Assembly (NCBI GenBank): GCA_038087875.1
Contig: CM075987.1
Coordinates: 22,756,001-22,820,000, forward strand
DNA from: Malacoraja senta
Taxonomy: Eukaryota
Direction of reading: 5' to 3'
Length of the DNA: 64,000 nucleotides
Part shown: piece after piece, positions 62,513 through 64,000 of the stretch
Layout of the letters: the number at the start of each line of letters is the position of its first letter
How positions within the stretch are numbered: the stretch's first letter is position 1
Translations under genes and position numbers: made by a program
The notes under the pieces: model-generated
What the model was told of the DNA's origin: nothing
Database searches by the model: none
What the model saw: only the letters and a program-made list of their open reading frames with translations

Positions 62513-63007
62513 GAGGGTTGCCAACTTTCTCACTCCCAAATAAGGGACAAAAGGTCCAAATAAGGGATAAATTTCCTAATGGCAATCATTGACTGACTCG
62601 GCCGTGGCTTGGTGAATGATGAGTTGGCCCAGGTGCTGGACTGCACACAAAGCCCAGTCGGCAGGCCAGCTGAAGAGTTTTGGTCCGGCACCCATCCAAC
62701 TCATGAACCGATGATCAGCCATGAGAAGGAGAGGTGGTGGTGTCGGTGGCAAGCGAAGGTCTGAAGGTCGGACAGCTGGCCGGGCTGCCGACCGACGGGG
62801 CACGGGCGAGGGTGCTGCTGCTGCACTCCATGAGCTGCACTACATCGGGACGGGTGAGGCGGGCCGGACGCGGCACTCCGACCCGACAGTCCCCCAGACC
62901 CAAGTAGTAGCAGTCAAATACGGGACAAGGGCGGTCCCGTATGGGACAAACCAATGTAGCCCAATATACGGGATGTCACGGCTAATACGGGACAGTTGGC
63001 AACCCTA
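62513..63007. mobile_element. Non-autonomous hAT (Tip100-like) transposon
   Basis: TIRs agggttgccaact / agttggcaaccct, subterminal gggac repeats, 8-bp TSD ctcacaga/atcacaga (7 of 8 match). Confidence 0.8.
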
Positions 63008-63056
63008 ATCACAGATGTTACTTGCTTGGCTTGCAATATTGGCCCTTGTTATTGTG

Positions 63057-63207
<151 letters not shown>

Positions 63208-64000
63208 CAAGTCAAGAAGATGGTGGCGGTGGAAGATGAAGGGAAAAGTCATCATCAAAGAGAGTCATAGTCATACAATGTGGAAACAGGCCCTTCGGCC
63301 CAACTTGCCCAGGCCCAACTGGCCCAACATGTCCCATCTACACAGGTCCCCTGCCTGCATTTCGTCCACATCCCTCTAAACCTGTCCTATCCATGCACCT
63401 GTCTAATTGTTTCTTAAACGCTGCGACAGTCCCTGCCTCTGGCGGCTATGAACTTACATCCCCCTCACGGCTGCATTCCTGGGGACAAAGGGCGACAGGT
63501 GAGTTGTCTCGGGTGTTGGTAGCAGGTGTCACCTCCTCCAGTCCCTCCCACCGCACGCCCAGGTAATCACAGAGGCATCACCCTCTACACACTCCACGCT
63601 TGCTTTATGACCCTTGGCTCCAGGCGGCTCTTATCAGGTCACAGGTTAATATTAACCGCAGAACACACAGACACTAAAGATTAAAGGCGGCAGGGTGGGG
63701 GAGCGGGAGAGTTGTTGCTGCCTTACAGCGGCAGAGACATAGAACCATAGCTACATAGAAAATAGGTGCAGGAGGAGGCCATTCGGCCCTTCGAGCCAGC
63801 ACCACCATTCATTGTGATCATGGCTGATCGTCCCCAATCAGTACCCCGTGCTTGCCTTCTCCCCATATCCCTTCATTCCACTAGCCCCTGAACTCTTCTA
63901 ACTCTCTCTTAAATCCATCCAGTGACTTGGCCTCCACTGCCCTCTGTGGCAGGGAATTCACAAATTCACAACTCTCTGGGTGAAAACGTTTTTTCTCACC

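Overview
Repeat-dense vertebrate genomic DNA, most likely from a cartilaginous fish (skate/ray-like, inferred from the HE1/V-SINE, CR1, Rex1, Tx1 and Penelope repeat mix). The only host coding sequence I can support is two minus-strand EGF-repeat exons of a Notch receptor, most similar to notch1: exon 3 (4852-5117) and exon 4 (3175-3513). Both have canonical splice sites and the expected phases. Everything above 5117 appears to be one large upstream intron (>58 kb; exon 2 not found; two 200-N gaps). It holds SINEs, LINE fragments (CR1, Rex1, RTE, Hero, L1/Tx1), foldback DNA transposons (Harbinger-, MULE- and hAT-like), a dispersed minisatellite family and several enhancer-like unique islands. 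The most notable signal is about 25 copies of a Penelope (Neptune-type) terminal sequence carrying a minimal hammerhead ribozyme core (CUGAAGA-A-stem II-GAAACGUC). Many are short hairpin-shaped insertions with target duplications, and several lie in the sense of the Notch pre-mRNA. Two frame-preserving cryptic exon candidates are also visible. Family names come from recalled motifs, not from a database search, and repeat boundaries are approximate unless a TSD is quoted.
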